DNA from: Hormiphora californensis
Lineage: Eukaryota; Animalia; Ctenophora
Assembly (NCBI GenBank): GCA_020137815.1
Contig: CM035351.1
Coordinates: 1,364,001 to 1,428,000 of the forward strand
Reading direction: 5' to 3'
DNA length: 64,000 nt
Shown: positions 41,822 to 54,399 of the stretch, one piece after another
How the letters are laid out: every line of letters starts with the position of its first letter
How positions within the stretch are numbered: position 1 is the stretch's first letter
Program-made: the position numbers and the translations under genes
Notes under the pieces: generated by a model
Told to the model about the DNA's origin: nothing
Seen by the model: the letters and a program-made list of their open reading frames with translations, nothing else
Databases searched by the model: none

Positions 41822-42079
41822 TATTATGTGACTACTCACTACTCACTACAGCAATTCTTCTCACTATAATTAGAAGGTAAAGCTAGAATGCAGAGTAGTA
41901 TGCCACAGACTTCTTCATAGACAGATTCATGGAAACTGCTGCTACATAGAACAGGGGAAGGGCAGGGAAACCAACTTACACAAATATGACAAATGAACAA
42001 ACATTCTTAGAACAAACTCCCTCGATCGAACAAGACGGAAGTACAAATTAGTTAACCGCTCCTACCATCACACACACGC

Positions 42080-42081
<2 letters not shown>

Positions 42082-42135
<54 letters not shown>
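42082..42135. repeat. (GA)n microsatellite
   Basis: Direct reading. Confidence 0.95.
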
Positions 42136-42138
<3 letters not shown>

Positions 42139-42956
42139 CCGGAGTTATAAAACATATACTACATGTGAAACACCCCTGGATGTCCCTCTCTCTCACGCAG
42201 GAAAAGAACGTACGTGGTACAATATTATCACAAGAAAATGTGGGAAGCACGCTCACCTCTTCAACTTGCCGTAGATTCTTCGACTGCAACACTTAATGAC
42301 ATATCACTTCCCCGAGTTCCATAGCACCATATCTCTGTAATGGGCATGATATGAAGTATTAACAAAGTTAGAGAGAGAGAGAGAGAGAGAGGTATGTGAA
42401 CGTGATATGTGAAAGACACACACAAACAAACACGGTGGAGATCGATCCGATCAGATGCTACACAGTGTGATCGACTACGTAGGCGCGCGCTAGTTACACT
42501 GTAACCGGAGGACGCGCATGACAAGTGCTGAAAAACGTACTTTCTTCACAAATAGGACCGCGCAGCGAGCGATATGAGGAAAGGCTCAGGCCACGACACC
42601 CACACCAGTCACCACATGACCTAAATTCCACCGCGTTTGTGTGTGTGTGTGTATGTTTACAGACAGAAAAGTAAAATGACGAGTTAATCACGTTGCACAA
42701 AACTCACAAATTACACAGTCACAAAATCATCAATAGAGAAAAGCAGTCCCCGAGAGAGATCGTGTTCATTAAGAACTGAAACATAAACACAACATTATAT
42801 CCAGTTCCAACTGTCTCTTCAAATTGCGATATATGTGTAGCATACTTCGAAGAATAAAAAAGAAATAGAAGATAACACAAGATCGAGATATATATATTCG
42901 ATTCCTATCTAACACACTTGTGGTAAGGGGTATCCTAAATATAACCGGAAATATTC

Positions 42957-45900
42957 TCAACTGCTATTAAACTGTCTGGGCTTTATAAAAACACTCTTTA
43001 TTAGTTTGTTGGTGATCACTGCACTCTCTACATCTGGGTGACGTAGCAGCTTCACGCTAGGCAGGGGTACAGACAGTAGGCCATGTTTTAGGGGTACCAG
43101 GTGGTATTGGAGGAATTCCTTATCATGAGGGAGGATTTTACATCTCAAATGTTTGTGTCCCGCTAACATGAAACTCTCCCCCTGTTCCGCGATTAGATCG
43201 ACCTCCTGCACATAGCTTGATATGTTGACTATTCCTATTTGAACGGCTATGGGGGAGAAGACACCCCCACAGCTCGGCATGGTACAGCTGAGGAACACGG
43301 GCAGAGCAACTACAGGGACAGTAGGGAGGGAGACATTGGTTGTAGTATACTCCTGGACTGAGCCCTCTCTCTTCCAAACAACGGACAGGGTCCCTATAGC
43401 AGCCCACTGGGAGCTAGCTTTAGGTTGAATTGATATACAGTCATTTAGAACGTTGTGCCGACTGAGAGAGAACTGTTTCCGGGACTGGGTCTCATCATCA
43501 ATAAACCTTGCCTGATCAATATCATACCTGATATCAGATATCTCAATAGTAGTATCATGTTGTGCAGTTAGACCCGTTACAATTAGACACCTGTCACATG
43601 TCACAAGGGTTGATATTGGGTCGCCCCGGGTAGAGAGAAGGGATATTGTCTCAGCAAAGGGTGGTACACTGTGTAGTTTGAAGGTATCTCGTGACTCACA
43701 GGGGTAACAGAACTTGTTACCCTCTCCCAGGGTCACTAAGTAGCTCAGCGTGTAACTCAGATTGAAGGTAATTGTAGAAGTACAACGGAGTACAAAGGAG
43801 GTATCAATGTGTTCACCGGGTTCAAAAGAGTCCAAAGAGAAGACGAGTTTCCTCTCGAACACCCCCTCCTCACCTAATTTACTCAACATCACCTCACTCC
43901 CATCCACCATCACCGCACTAGTATCACCCTCTGTTGTCTGAGGGGAGGGTGACCCGTCACCACCACTAACACCACCACCGCTCTGAGCGGCCGTTACTGT
44001 TAGAATAACACCCTGTATAGGACACGGTTCCTGGTTTAACAGTGACACCTTCACTTGCTGTAGCTCACCAACTAGGAAGGGGCAATGGTATGCCAGGGTG
44101 ACGGGGGTGTTAGCTTTCCGGGGTGCCACCGTACACTTAGTGATAGGGAACATGTCACTGAATTGGAGGGAAATAGGATGGGATCCGGCCAGGACAAGAC
44201 GAACCGAGGAGAGACGAAGTACCCCACCACCATCACTCTCTCTGTCGGTGAAAGGATCCATTTCGAAGGATAGTACGGTTGAGGTACCGGGCACCACTGA
44301 CAGGTCCTCCCCACCCTCCTTCACAGCTAGAGGGTTATACCTCCTGTCATCAAACATTACCAAGACCCGCTGGAAGATAACAGGTTGGACAGCTGTACTG
44401 GCAAGGGTCAGAGTAAACTTTATCTTTTCATCTACTTGGAAGAGGGTTGAAGAGAAGGCAGCTCTGCACTTTAGAAAGGGAGATAGTTTAGTCATCTCCA
44501 CAGTATACTCAGGTGCCACCCTGTTCCGCCAGACAGGTTCAGGTGCTCCAGGCGGCAGGTTTCCCTCCCCAATAATCTCGATATTCCTCTGTAACTCTAA
44601 CTTCTCCTCCCTTGTCTTGTCCATATTACCACCGATCAGCTCACAGCACACTGCTATGTAGTCAGGTATGTTCCCAACCAGGAAGGCACTCTTTCTACAG
44701 AGCTCCAGCACGGAACTAAGGAGTTTCCACCACCTCTCCTTCCGGTACTCCCCAACAATACACATTCCAATAGAGAACGCTTTCTCGTAGTCACCTGCTA
44801 GGAAGTATTCGTTGCCCATCTCTAACATTAGGAACCGCTTCATACGGGTCGGTCTGTACTGTTTGAACTGTCCCACAGCTTTGTTTAGTAGAGGTATGAT
44901 AACCCTGCTGTAGTCTACCTCTAGTTCAGCGCTCTGCATCGCTAAGATACACTCGTCCCCATCGATAGTGTTCCCATTACTAAGGGAGGTACTACTATGG
45001 TCTGCCTCCCAGCCCCACTGCCCGTAATACTTTGTAGCAGGTTGTTCAGTCATCTTGACAGTCTGCCCCAACACCTCCTCCCTGAATCGAGCACTAGCCC
45101 TCCGTCTCTCCATTGTACACTGTGCTGACTGGAGGTAGTAGAACCCGGGGTGTTTGGTCTGTAGAGCATTCAGGCCAGCAGCTATAGCATCATTAAATAG
45201 ATCCCCAAAGAACTTCAAACTGGTTAGCGATCCAGTTCCAGTGCATGAAAACTAGTTCAGGAGGCTCGGTGGGTTCCTTTAAAGTGCCTGACATGTCGCT
45301 CAAACTGGGCTATAGCATCGAGAGGGGCACCCGTTCTGAAACTCAGTTGGCAGATCTTGAAATTAACAAACCCACACAGGATCTTGACCTGGTGCTTGTT
45401 GGACACCTTGATCTCCAGCAGCTGGCTATAACTCATGTTGTAGTGTTTCAAAGCAGTGGGGACATCCTTCCTTATCTCGTGGAAGAAGGACACCTTTACC
45501 AGATGTCGGGCCTGCAGCAACTGGTAGTTCGGCCTGTTTAGAGTATCCTTGTTGTTTTTAATCCGTTTAGTCTCCCCGAGATAGTATTGCGAGGCCTGCT
45601 CGAAGAATACATTCTGAAGACGGATCACATAACCTACAAGGTGATCTGCGTGCAACACCGGGAGTACAAACAGAGAGTTGGAGGTTAGCTCACACGCACT
45701 GGATAGTGATGTCGCTCTCTCCATGGCCAGGGCATCCTCCCCCTGGGGAAGGGAGTTCTTCTGGATCAACACTACTGCCAGTTTAGTGGCCCTGTCCCCT
45801 AACCCCGACCTGAGGTAGTTCAGCTGTAACCCGCAATCCAACTGTCTCTCAGCCCAGTGACTGTCATTCCAGTCCAGCTCATAGAAGAGGATCACAGCAG

Positions 45901-46177
45901 CAGGGACTAGCGTGAGGTGTTTATGGAACCAGTCTCGAGACAGGATCCCCGTGGTAGGTGGTTTGGATGGGTAACCCCGGTCAGTGCTTCGTTTCGGGAA
46001 CACATTGTAGTCCCTCACTAACACATACCTCCCAGGACCGTTATCTGAGTGGGAGGACGTGCTGAAGGCATCCCAGATACTAGCATGGAGAGGGTTCTTG
46101 AGGTTTAGACCCGCTAAACCGATGTTAGGATATAGGGGACTCCGTAGCTCATCAGGAAGGGCTAGGTCTACTTTCAT
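42957..46177 (-). CDS. TRAPPC11: Trafficking protein particle complex subunit 11 (foie gras/gryzun); intronless, split by two +1 indels at ~45280 and ~45219
   Basis: GILSRDWFHKHLTLVPAAVILFYELDW, RHLVKVSFFHE, FFGDLFNDAI...QTKHPGFYY, YRKERWW, FMLAGHK; the bridging frame reads PPELVFMHWNWIANQ. Confidence 0.92.
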
Positions 46178-46220
46178 CTCGCATTACTCTCCTTCATAGC
46201 ATGTGTCTCACTTCATCCGC

Positions 46221-48185
46221 AACTACACAGGGGATAGGAGGGATTTAGTTTTCGAGAGGGGGAGGTAGGTGGGGAGCAGGGGAGGGGAACTACACAGGGG
46301 AGAGAGGGAGGATTTAGTATTAGAGAAGGGGAGGTAGGTGGGGAGCAGGGGAGGGGAGGGGGAGGGGAGAGAGGGAGGATTTAGTATTGGAGAAGGGGAG
46401 GTAGGTGGGGAGCAGGGGAGGGGAACTACACAGGGGAGAGAGGGAGGATTTAGTATTGGAGAAGGGGAGGTAGGAGGGGAGCAGGGGAGGGGAGGGGGAG
46501 GGGAGAGAGGGAGGATTTAGTATTGGAGAAGGGGAGGTAGGAGGGGAGCAGGGGAGGGGAGGGGAGAGAGGGAGGATTTAGTATTGGAGAAGGGGAGGTA
46601 GGTGGGGAGCAGGGGAGGGGAGGGGGAGGGGAGAGAGGGAGGATTTAGTATTGGAGAAGGGGAGGTAGGTGGGGAGCAGGGGAGGGGAACTACACAGGGG
46701 ATAGGAGGGATTTAGTATTAGAGAAGGGGAGGTAGGTGGGGAGCAGGGGAGGGGAACTACACAGGGGAGAGAGGGAGGATTTAGTATTAGAGAAGGGGAG
46801 GTAGGTGGGGAGCAGGGGAGGGGAACTACACAGGGGAGAGAGGGAGGATTTAGTATTAGAGAAGGGGAGGTAGGTGGGGAGCAGGGGAGGGGAACTACAC
46901 AGGGGATAGGAGGGAGGATTTAGTATTAGAGAAGGGGAGGTAGGTGGGGAGCAGGGGAGGGGAACTACACAGGGGATAGGAGGGAGGATTTAGTATTGGA
47001 GAAGGGGAGGTAGGAGGGGAGCAGGGGAGGGGAGGGGGAGGGGAGAGAGGGAGGATTTAGTATTAGAGAAGGGGAGGTAGGTGGGGAGCAGGGGAGGGGA
47101 ACTACACAGGGGATAGGAGGGGATTTAGTATTGGAGAAGGGGAGGTAGGAGGGGAGCAGGGGAGGGGAGGGGGAGGGGAGAGAGGGAGGATTTAGTATTG
47201 GAGAAGGGGAGGTAGGAGGGGAGCAGGGGAGGGGAGGGGGAGGGGAGAGAGGGAGGATTTAGTATTGGAGAAGGAGAGGTAGGAGGGGAGCAGGGGAGGG
47301 GAACTACACAGGGGAGAGAGGGAGGATTTAGTATTGGAGAAGGGGAGGTAGGTGGGGAGCAGGGGAGGGGAGGGGGAGGGGAGAGAGGGAGGATTTAGTA
47401 TTGGAGAAGGGGAGGTAGGTGGGGAGCAGGGGAGGGGAACTACACAGGGGATAGGAGGGAGGATTTAGTATTGGAGAAGGGGAGGTAGGTGGGGAGCAGG
47501 GGAGGGGAGGGGGAGGGGGAGAGAGGGAGGATTTAGTATTGGAGAAGGGGAGGTAGGTGGGGAGCAGGGGAGGGGAACTACACAGGGGATAGGAGGGAGG
47601 ATTTAGTATTAGAGAAGGGGAGGTAGGTGGGGAGCAGGGGAGGGGAACTACACAGGGGAGAGAGGGAGGATTTAGTATTGGAGAAGGGGAGGTAGGTGGG
47701 GAGCAGGGGAGGGGAACTACACAGGGGATAGGAGGGAGGATTTAGTATTGGAGAAGGGGAGGTAGGTGGGGAGCAGGGGAGGGGAACTACACAGGGGATA
47801 GGAGGGAGGATTTAGTATTGGAGAAGGGGAGGTAGGTGGGGAGCAGGGGAGGGGAACTACACAGGGGATAGGAGGGAGGATTTAGTATTGGAGAAGGGGA
47901 GGTAGGTGGGGAGCAGGGGAGGGGAGGGGGGAGGGGAGAGAGGGAGGATTTAGTATTGGAGAAGGGGAGGTAGGTGGGGAGCAGGGGAGGGGAACTACAC
48001 AGGGATAGGAGGGAGGATTTAGTATTGGAGAAGGGGAGGTAGGTGGGGAGCAGGGGAGGGGAACTACACAGGGGAGAGAGGGAGGATTTAGTATTGGAGA
48101 AGGGGAGGTAGGTGGGGAGCAGGGGAGGGGAACTACACAGGGGATAGGAGGGAGGATTTAGTATTGGAGAAGGAGAGGTAGGTGG
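46221..48185 (-). repeat. ~2-kb purine/pyrimidine-asymmetric minisatellite (~68-bp unit, about 29 copies, two interspersed variants)
   Basis: Plus-strand unit GGGAGGATTTAGTATTGGAGAAGGGGAGGTAGGTGGGGAGCAGGGGAGGGG[AACTACACAGGGGA|AGGGGGAGGGGA]; minus strand reads TACTAAAT, pyrimidines, TGTGTAG. Confidence 0.95.
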
Positions 48186-49484
48186 GGGTAGAGTATTGTA
48201 ATTTGTAGAAGGGGAGGTAGGAGGGGATTAAGGAGAAGAGGAGGGTATTTTATTGGGGATGGGGGAGTGACGAGTGGATGGGTTTTAGTGGCGGCTAGGT
48301 GGGGAGCGAGGGGAGACTGTGAAAGAGATGTTGAGAAGTGGAGCAGGATAGAGTGAGTGAACGAAACTTACATTCTGAAATCTGCAGCAGCTATAATCCA
48401 GTTCTACACTTTCTCCTTCAACAATAAAAGACCACATACCACGCCCGTTATTGTGTAAGAGAACACTTATGTACCGCACCTTTGCTCTTACCTAACAACT
48501 ACAGCTGTGATACGGAGTTGCAATAAGTTTCACAATCACCACACCATATACAACTTAATTCAAAACTACAACTGATTTGCCGATACTGATAATTTTAACG
48601 TATCTTTTTCTGTATGTGTCAGGGCGTGTACCGTTTCCCATTCATCCCCATTCATTAATGAAAATCAACACGCATTGTTTCCATTGTTTAATTCAACGAT
48701 ATGTTTTGCCATTCACTGCGAGACCAAACATGAACAGTGAACACTGAACAGTCACCAAATTCTACGTGAAATTAGAGACCACCGTCTCATCAAAGTCATT
48801 CATTATTTAGGGTTGAACCCCTCATTCATTACAGTTGCAGATTTTAACCAAATTACCGTACACCACCCCGATACCACATTCACCAACGTGCAACTAATCG
48901 AATTAAGAGTAGGCAGCATGTTCTCTTATCTATTCTAGGAGCGGCCCTTTTTCAAAAGAATCCTGCACGCTTTTCTGCAGATTAGCCCACTAGGCTGCAG
49001 TAACTAGTTTTGTTAATTTCACAACCATAACCGGTTATAACCGGTAGCAGCATTATTCTTCTACATAATTTATGTTGCAGTAGGGAGTCACATGAATTGT
49101 GTGTGGTTCTGATAGTGCTTTGAAGGAGTACGTGACCATTGTATGTGACCGTTGTAAGTTGGGAGTGTGTTGTGAAACTACCAGTGAACAAGCTGGGTGG
49201 AGGGGGACAGGTATAACGGTGGGGATGGGGTGGTTTAACAAATGAGACACACAGTAGTTTTCAATATGTTGAATGCATCGGAAAACGAATAAATAAGTTG
49301 AGTAAACAAGAAATACTGAGTATATTAATAACAATACAATAACTACACACGGGGAAAACTAAAACCTAAATAATATAAAATATGGCGAAAATGACAGTCC
49401 AGTGTCTGATCTACATGCGTGTAATATAATACAAAAAATGTTTATGATTATTTTCTTGATCGGATTTGGGTGGATTTCAAGTGT

Positions 49485-50357
49485 TTATTCCATGCCCTCA
49501 CTCCAAACATGTTGACCCCATCGCACAGTTAGCCGGACAATATTCTGCAGGTCGTTAGCCCTGTTATTAGCAGCCTCCAGCACCTCAGCGTGGTTAGGTA
49601 CACTGCTCACCTTCACATCAGTAATACACTCGTTAGTAATGAGACTGATCCCCAGGACCTTAATACCACAATAACCCGCTACAACCGTCTCAGGGACAGT
49701 AGACATACCCACCGCATCAGCTCCAATTACCTTGAACCAATTCAGCTCAGCAGGAGACTCGTAAGTGGGTCCAGCACACATGATATAGGTACCCTGTTTG
49801 ACACAAGACAGCACACCTACATCGTCAGCGGCCTTTCTGAATATCTCCTGAAGATCCTTGTTATAGATGTTGTTGGTGGGAGGGAATCGAGGTCCAAACC
49901 TCTCATCATTAGGCCCAATTAGGGGGTTGTTACCAGTCACACCCACAAGGTTGATGTGATCTGTGATCAACATGAGATCTCCAATCTTAAACTCAGGATT
50001 CAGCCCACCAGCAGCATTGGTAACAACTAAAGCCTTTACTCCCATCAACTTCATGATAAGTACCGGGGAGGCTGTCTTCCAGATGGGATAGCCCTCGTAG
50101 AAGTGGAAGCGACCCTTCATACAGACACACTCCACTCCCTCTAGTTTCCCAAACACCAACTTCCCAGAGTGGCCCTTGACAGTGCTGACAGGGAACCCCG
50201 GAATGCTCTCATAGCTCATCTCCTCTGGATCTGTTAGGATATCCGCCAAACCACCGAGCCCTGATCCGCAGATAATCCCCAGTTTGGGTCGCTGGGCCGT
50301 CCTCCCAAGGATGGACTGGGCAATTTCATCGATCTGCTCGTACGTGTACTTGTCCAT
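49485..50357 (-). CDS. PNP: Purine nucleoside phosphorylase (trimeric type), intronless
   Basis: GIICGSGLGGL, GHSGKLVFG, MKGRFHFYEGY, TNAAGGLN, GPTYESPAE, GADAVGMSTVPE, SLITN; likely start is MDKYTYEQ after the TTTCAG acceptor. Confidence 0.95.
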   Translation of the reverse strand: MDKYTYEQIDEIAQSILGRTAQRPKLGIICGSGLGGLADILTDPEEMSYESIPGFPVSTVKGHSGKLVFGKLEGVECVCMKGRFHFYEGYPIWKTASPVLIMKLMGVKALVVTNAAGGLNPEFKIGDLMLITDHINLVGVTGNNPLIGPNDERFGPRFPPTNNIYNKDLQEIFRKAADDVGVLSCVKQGTYIMCAGPTYESPAELNWFKVIGADAVGMSTVPETVVAGYCGIKVLGISLITNECITDVKVSSVPNHAEVLEAANNRANDLQNIVRLTVRWGQHVWSEGME

Positions 50358-51333
50358 CCTGAAATGTAAGTGCTGTGTAACAGGCAGAGAGAGGCAATAA
50401 CTGAAATGTGAGTGCTGTGTAACAGGCAGAGAGAGGCAACTCAACTGAGACACTGCTGATGGGAGAAATGAGCTGATAGAGGGAGAAAGAAAGAGGGCTC
50501 GAGAAATGGCAAAATGAGCTGATCGAGGGAGAGAAATAGAGCGGAAGCAAAAAGAAGCAGTGCAGAGAGAAAGAAAAACAAAGAGGAGTCAAGCGACTAG
50601 TGCAACAAAAAGAGACATACATGTCAGAAAAGTAGAAAGAGAGGGAGAAAGAGAGGGAGAGAGAGAGGGAGAGGGAGAGAGGCGTTTCCTGCTACTCAAC
50701 AGCCAGATTTTATGTAACTAGCCTTATTTCTGATTGCTTGCTACAAATAATATGGTGAGTGGTGACGTGTGACGTGTGAATTAGTGGGGAGGGATGATAC
50801 TGTGTGTATCGGTATTCGGAGCCGGGAGGTATGTGTATCATGAGTCGCCAGTGGTTTGGGAGGGGAAGGGGAGGTAATCAGATGGTGTCAGGGGAGAGAA
50901 GGAGAGTAAAACAAACATATCTAATGAGTATGAAAAGAAGAATACGGCCGACCGGACGGCCCGGCCGTACGCCCTCCTCTCTCATAATATCATTATCATT
51001 GAATCACGCGTTATGTCTCGCGTACTAATGGTAATTCAAGGGTTTGGTTACACATATACCATGACAGAAGACAGACTTGTAGCCCCGGTGCAACATGTCA
51101 AACTACATAATTCAATATCACTCTTTATCCTGGTTTTAAAAAGGAAGTAATGTACTGTTCTTCTCACAAATAATAGCGTCTATTTACATTCTACATGCTG
51201 CAATCTACATATAGGGTACATATATCTAGCTGTCCACCAAAACAGAATTGTCCCAATCAAACATTTAATTAAAATTGTACACAAGAAAATATCATGCCCC
51301 AATTAGATAGTCTGATCCACTGATTAGCTCCCC

Positions 51334-51853
51334 TCATTCTGAACCAAACCAAGCCCTCCACTTGACAACATAGTAAATCAAGAGAAAACATCCAAACCCG
51401 AACACGACCAGATACAACGTGAATCGTTTGTTGCTCTTTGCAGCCATTATCTGAAGTCTCTTCATCGTGTTGCCCAGGAGTCCCTCCCCAAAATCAAACT
51501 CATTATCCATTCCATTGAGATACTTGTTCTGTTCTCCAACCTCGGTCCCTGGGGAGAGGGGGGGGGGGAGTTTTAGAACGAGAGATTAAGAAATGTTGAA
51601 AAATGTGTGCAAACTGAACAGTGGTGTTCTGATTTTGTGATGTGTATAAAAAGATTACGCCGAAACAAGTATAAATGCAGGAACATGCAGCATAGCTTGA
51701 AAACATCAAACAAGTCGACCAACCTATGTCAATAGTAAGGGATTTGAGGGCGGCTACTTTTCCCTGAAGTGATGAGATAAGCTGGTCGTTCTCCCTCTCA
51801 ATAATCTCACTGTTCTTGATATCATTCATGCTGCCGACTGGGGTGCGGCGCAT
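51334..51853 (-). CDS. BET1: BET1 Qc-SNARE; exons 51853-51724 and 51548-51334
   Basis: ERENDQLISSLQGKVAALKSLTIDIGTEVGEQNKYLNGMDNEFD...LLGNTMKRL plus a C-terminal TM segment. Confidence 0.92.
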
Positions 51854-52091
51854 GGTAATGGCGCTACAATGAGAGGGGGAGAGGGGTTAGAGAGAAGGGG
51901 ATAGAAGGTTAGGGAGGTACAATATGGGGGAGAGTTTAGTCAGAGAGAGGGAGGGGGACATGCACAGAGAAAGGTTTAACTACAAAACTGGAAAACTTGA
52001 TGGAAAGGAATGTTGATGAAAAACAGTAAAACATATAAAATAAAATACATCTTAAAATGAGACCAACCAAGACAGTGTCCGTTTACTCGCT

Positions 52092-53305
52092 TCACTGCAC
52101 AACCCCATCCCGCTCCATATCCAGTACCTGTCCATCACTGTAACCCAGCTCTCCCCAACACCTCCCGGGTATGCTGCCCTAACTCCGGTGGAGCCCTGTA
52201 CCCGGCAGGGTCCTCTCCCTGCCACCTGACCGGGTGTGCTACCATCCTCACTCCCTCCCTCATCCACCACCATCCCCTCAGAACCGGGCCCCTCAAATGC
52301 CTCCTTTACTGAGTTAACCGGGGAGATAGAGAAGGAGTAACCCTCAGATAACTTCACCCAGTATTCCGTCCCTTCCTCTTCAAACCTCTCACTGAGATGT
52401 CCAATAAGGGCGGCCCTGTTCTCCACCCGCAGCTCATTAGTACTAAACATGGGGTTGCTAGCCAGCCAGGGCCACCCCACCGCCTCACTCAACTCCCAGA
52501 ACTGCTGATCGTTGTTAGCTGCCACCACTATAAACCCATCAGATGTAGTGAACCCCTGGTAGGGTACAATACTGGGGTGAGAGGAGCCCCGGGGCTTGCC
52601 CACAACCCCCGAGTTGAGGTAGTTACTGGCAATGTTCACAAGACACCCTAATTGGACACGGTACATACTGATATCAAGGAATGTCCCATGTCCTCCGTTC
52701 CGCTCCCTATCGAACAGTGCCGCTGAAACAGAGCTGAGTAGATAGAGACCAGCACAGATATCAGTAATGGCTACACCAACTTTAACAGGTTGGCCCCCCT
52801 CAGGCCCTGTTATACCCATTAGCCCTCCCTCCGCTGCTATTGTCAAATCATAAGCACTCTTGTCCGGCCCGGTCTGGCCATAACCCGATAGTGAGGCGTA
52901 GATGAGACCGGGGTTGATCTCCTTCAAAGAGGGGTAGTCCAGTTTGTGTTTTATCAGGGTACCAGGTCTGCCGTTTTCAACAAAAACATCACTCATTTCA
53001 GCCAGTCTGGTGACAACCTCCCTCCCCCTCGGCGTGGTATAGTTCACTGCGATACTACGCTTATTACGGTTACACGAAGCGAAGTAGTTGCTCAGGCTCG
53101 GGGTAATGAAGGGAGGGCCCCAGGTTCTGGTATCGTCCCCAACACCTAACCGCTCAACTTTAATCACATCAGCCCCAAGGTCAGCCAGGTTTTGGGTGGC
53201 GAAAGGGGCAGCTAAAATACGGGACATATCAACCACTTTCACCCCTGATAGAGGTCCCGAAGAGGAGTTGGTAGAGAGGCAGCGGGCAAGTATGGCATTT
53301 CTCAT
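52092..53305 (-). CDS. SUGCT: Family III (CaiB/BaiF) CoA-transferase, succinyl-CoA:glutarate CoA-transferase-like, with mitochondrial presequence; two frameshifts near the 3' end
   Basis: GPLSGVKVVDMSRILAAPFATQNLADLGADVIKVE, GDDTRTWGPP, NRNKRS, SGYGQTGP; shifted frames give RAPPELGQHTREVL and ELGYSDGQV...GVVQ*. Confidence 0.88.
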
Positions 53306-53365
53306 ACTACGAAAATATATCAGTCAATTTTGTGCAAAATAAATATTAAATAACAAAGCAAAAGT

Positions 53366-54202
53366 TTATCGAGTGGTAGAAGATCTTGAGGTAGACGCCA
53401 CAGCTGCCCCACTAGGCCTCGAACTAGACGCTACAGCTGCCGCACTAGTTCTCGAACTAGACGCCACAGCTGCCCCACTGGGCCTCGACCTAGACGCTAC
53501 AGCTGCCCCACTAGTTCTCGAACTAGACGCCACAGCTGCCTCACTAGTTCTCGAACTAGACGCCACAGCTGTCCCACTAGGCCTTGAACTAGACGCTACA
53601 GCTGCCCCACTAGTTCTCGAACTAGACGCTACAGCTGCCCCACTAGTTCTCGAACTAGATGCTACAGCTGCCCCACTAGGCCTTGAACTAGACGCTGCTG
53701 CGGCTGCATTTGATCTTGAAGCACTAGATGGCCGGACACCAGCCGCTGCCGAACTGCCTGTTCCTCCTGCAGCAGCTTGTTTGGCGGCATGTTCCGCCAG
53801 GATTCTCTCCCTCTCTTCCCTCTTTTTACCCAGATACCGGGGCTCCCTTCTCTCTTGTTTCTTAGGGAGAATGTATGTCTTCAGCTGGTCTGCTATAGCC
53901 TTCTGCATGTTGATCTCGTCAGGTATGTGAACAAATCTAATCTGTTTCCCGTGAATGTGCATCGTCTCAAATTTCTGTTCCGGTTTGTACGGGATCTTAT
54001 AGGTGACCCATTTCATGTTAATGTTCATGGCCCCATCCACATGAGTCACTTCCCCCGTGATCTCTATCTCATTCCGCAGCTCTACAGTAGTTCTCATACC
54101 CTCCAGCTCCTTCAGCAAGCAGCATAGTGTACTGGAGAAGTTGGCACGCTCCCAGCCGGTTAAATTCTTGGAAAATATTTGATCTGCTTTCTTCCTAGAC
54201 AT
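53366..54202 (-). CDS. LSM10: U7 snRNP-specific Sm-like protein LSm10 with a long Ser/Ala/Arg repeat tail
   Basis: ER...TLCCLLKELEGMRTTVELRNE...GEVTHVDGAMNINM...IHGKQIRFVHIPDEIN...IADQL matches the LSm10-type Sm1/Sm2 fold. Confidence 0.85.
   Translation of the reverse strand: MSRKKADQIFSKNLTGWERANFSSTLCCLLKELEGMRTTVELRNEIEITGEVTHVDGAMNINMKWVTYKIPYKPEQKFETMHIHGKQIRFVHIPDEINMQKAIADQLKTYILPKKQERREPRYLGKKREERERILAEHAAKQAAAGGTGSSAAAGVRPSSASRSNAAAAASSSRPSGAAVASSSRTSGAAVASSSRTSGAAVASSSRPSGTAVASSSRTSEAAVASSSRTSGAAVASRSRPSGAAVASSSRTSAAAVASSSRPSGAAVASTSRSSTTR
53385..53697 (-). repeat. Coding minisatellite, 33-bp unit x9 (ASSSR[T/P]SGAAV)
   Basis: Direct reading of the ORF and DNA. Confidence 0.95.
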
Positions 54203-54399
54203 GGTTCAATGGCTCATTATATCCTGCAAGGGAGATACTTGATTAGTTGGGGGGGGGGGGGAGTGAGACCTGGGTTTTGGTGAAGCAGGGAAGGAAGAAA
54301 ACACATATTGATCGGTAAAAGAGTAATAAATTAGATTGAAAACTGTCAAATAACAGGCCACTGAGTAAAAAATGTGCTACCCTAAAAAATAACGTCTCC

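Noticed and set aside
45215-45285. Programmed frameshifting or pseudogenisation of TRAPPC11 (TTTAAAG, TTTG)
   Set aside because: Two single-base excesses in short homopolymers 60 bp apart in an otherwise intact conserved gene; the TTTAAAG is not in the X XXY YYZ register. Sequencing error is more likely; check reads.
52092-52262. Novel C-terminus of the CoA-transferase as given in the ORF track
   Set aside because: The conserved APPELGQHT and ELGYS segments lie in shifted frames at G/GA runs, consistent with local indel errors.
53373-53930. 185-aa antisense ORF over LSM10
   Set aside because: Open only because the 33-bp repeat lacks stops on that strand; no independent evidence.
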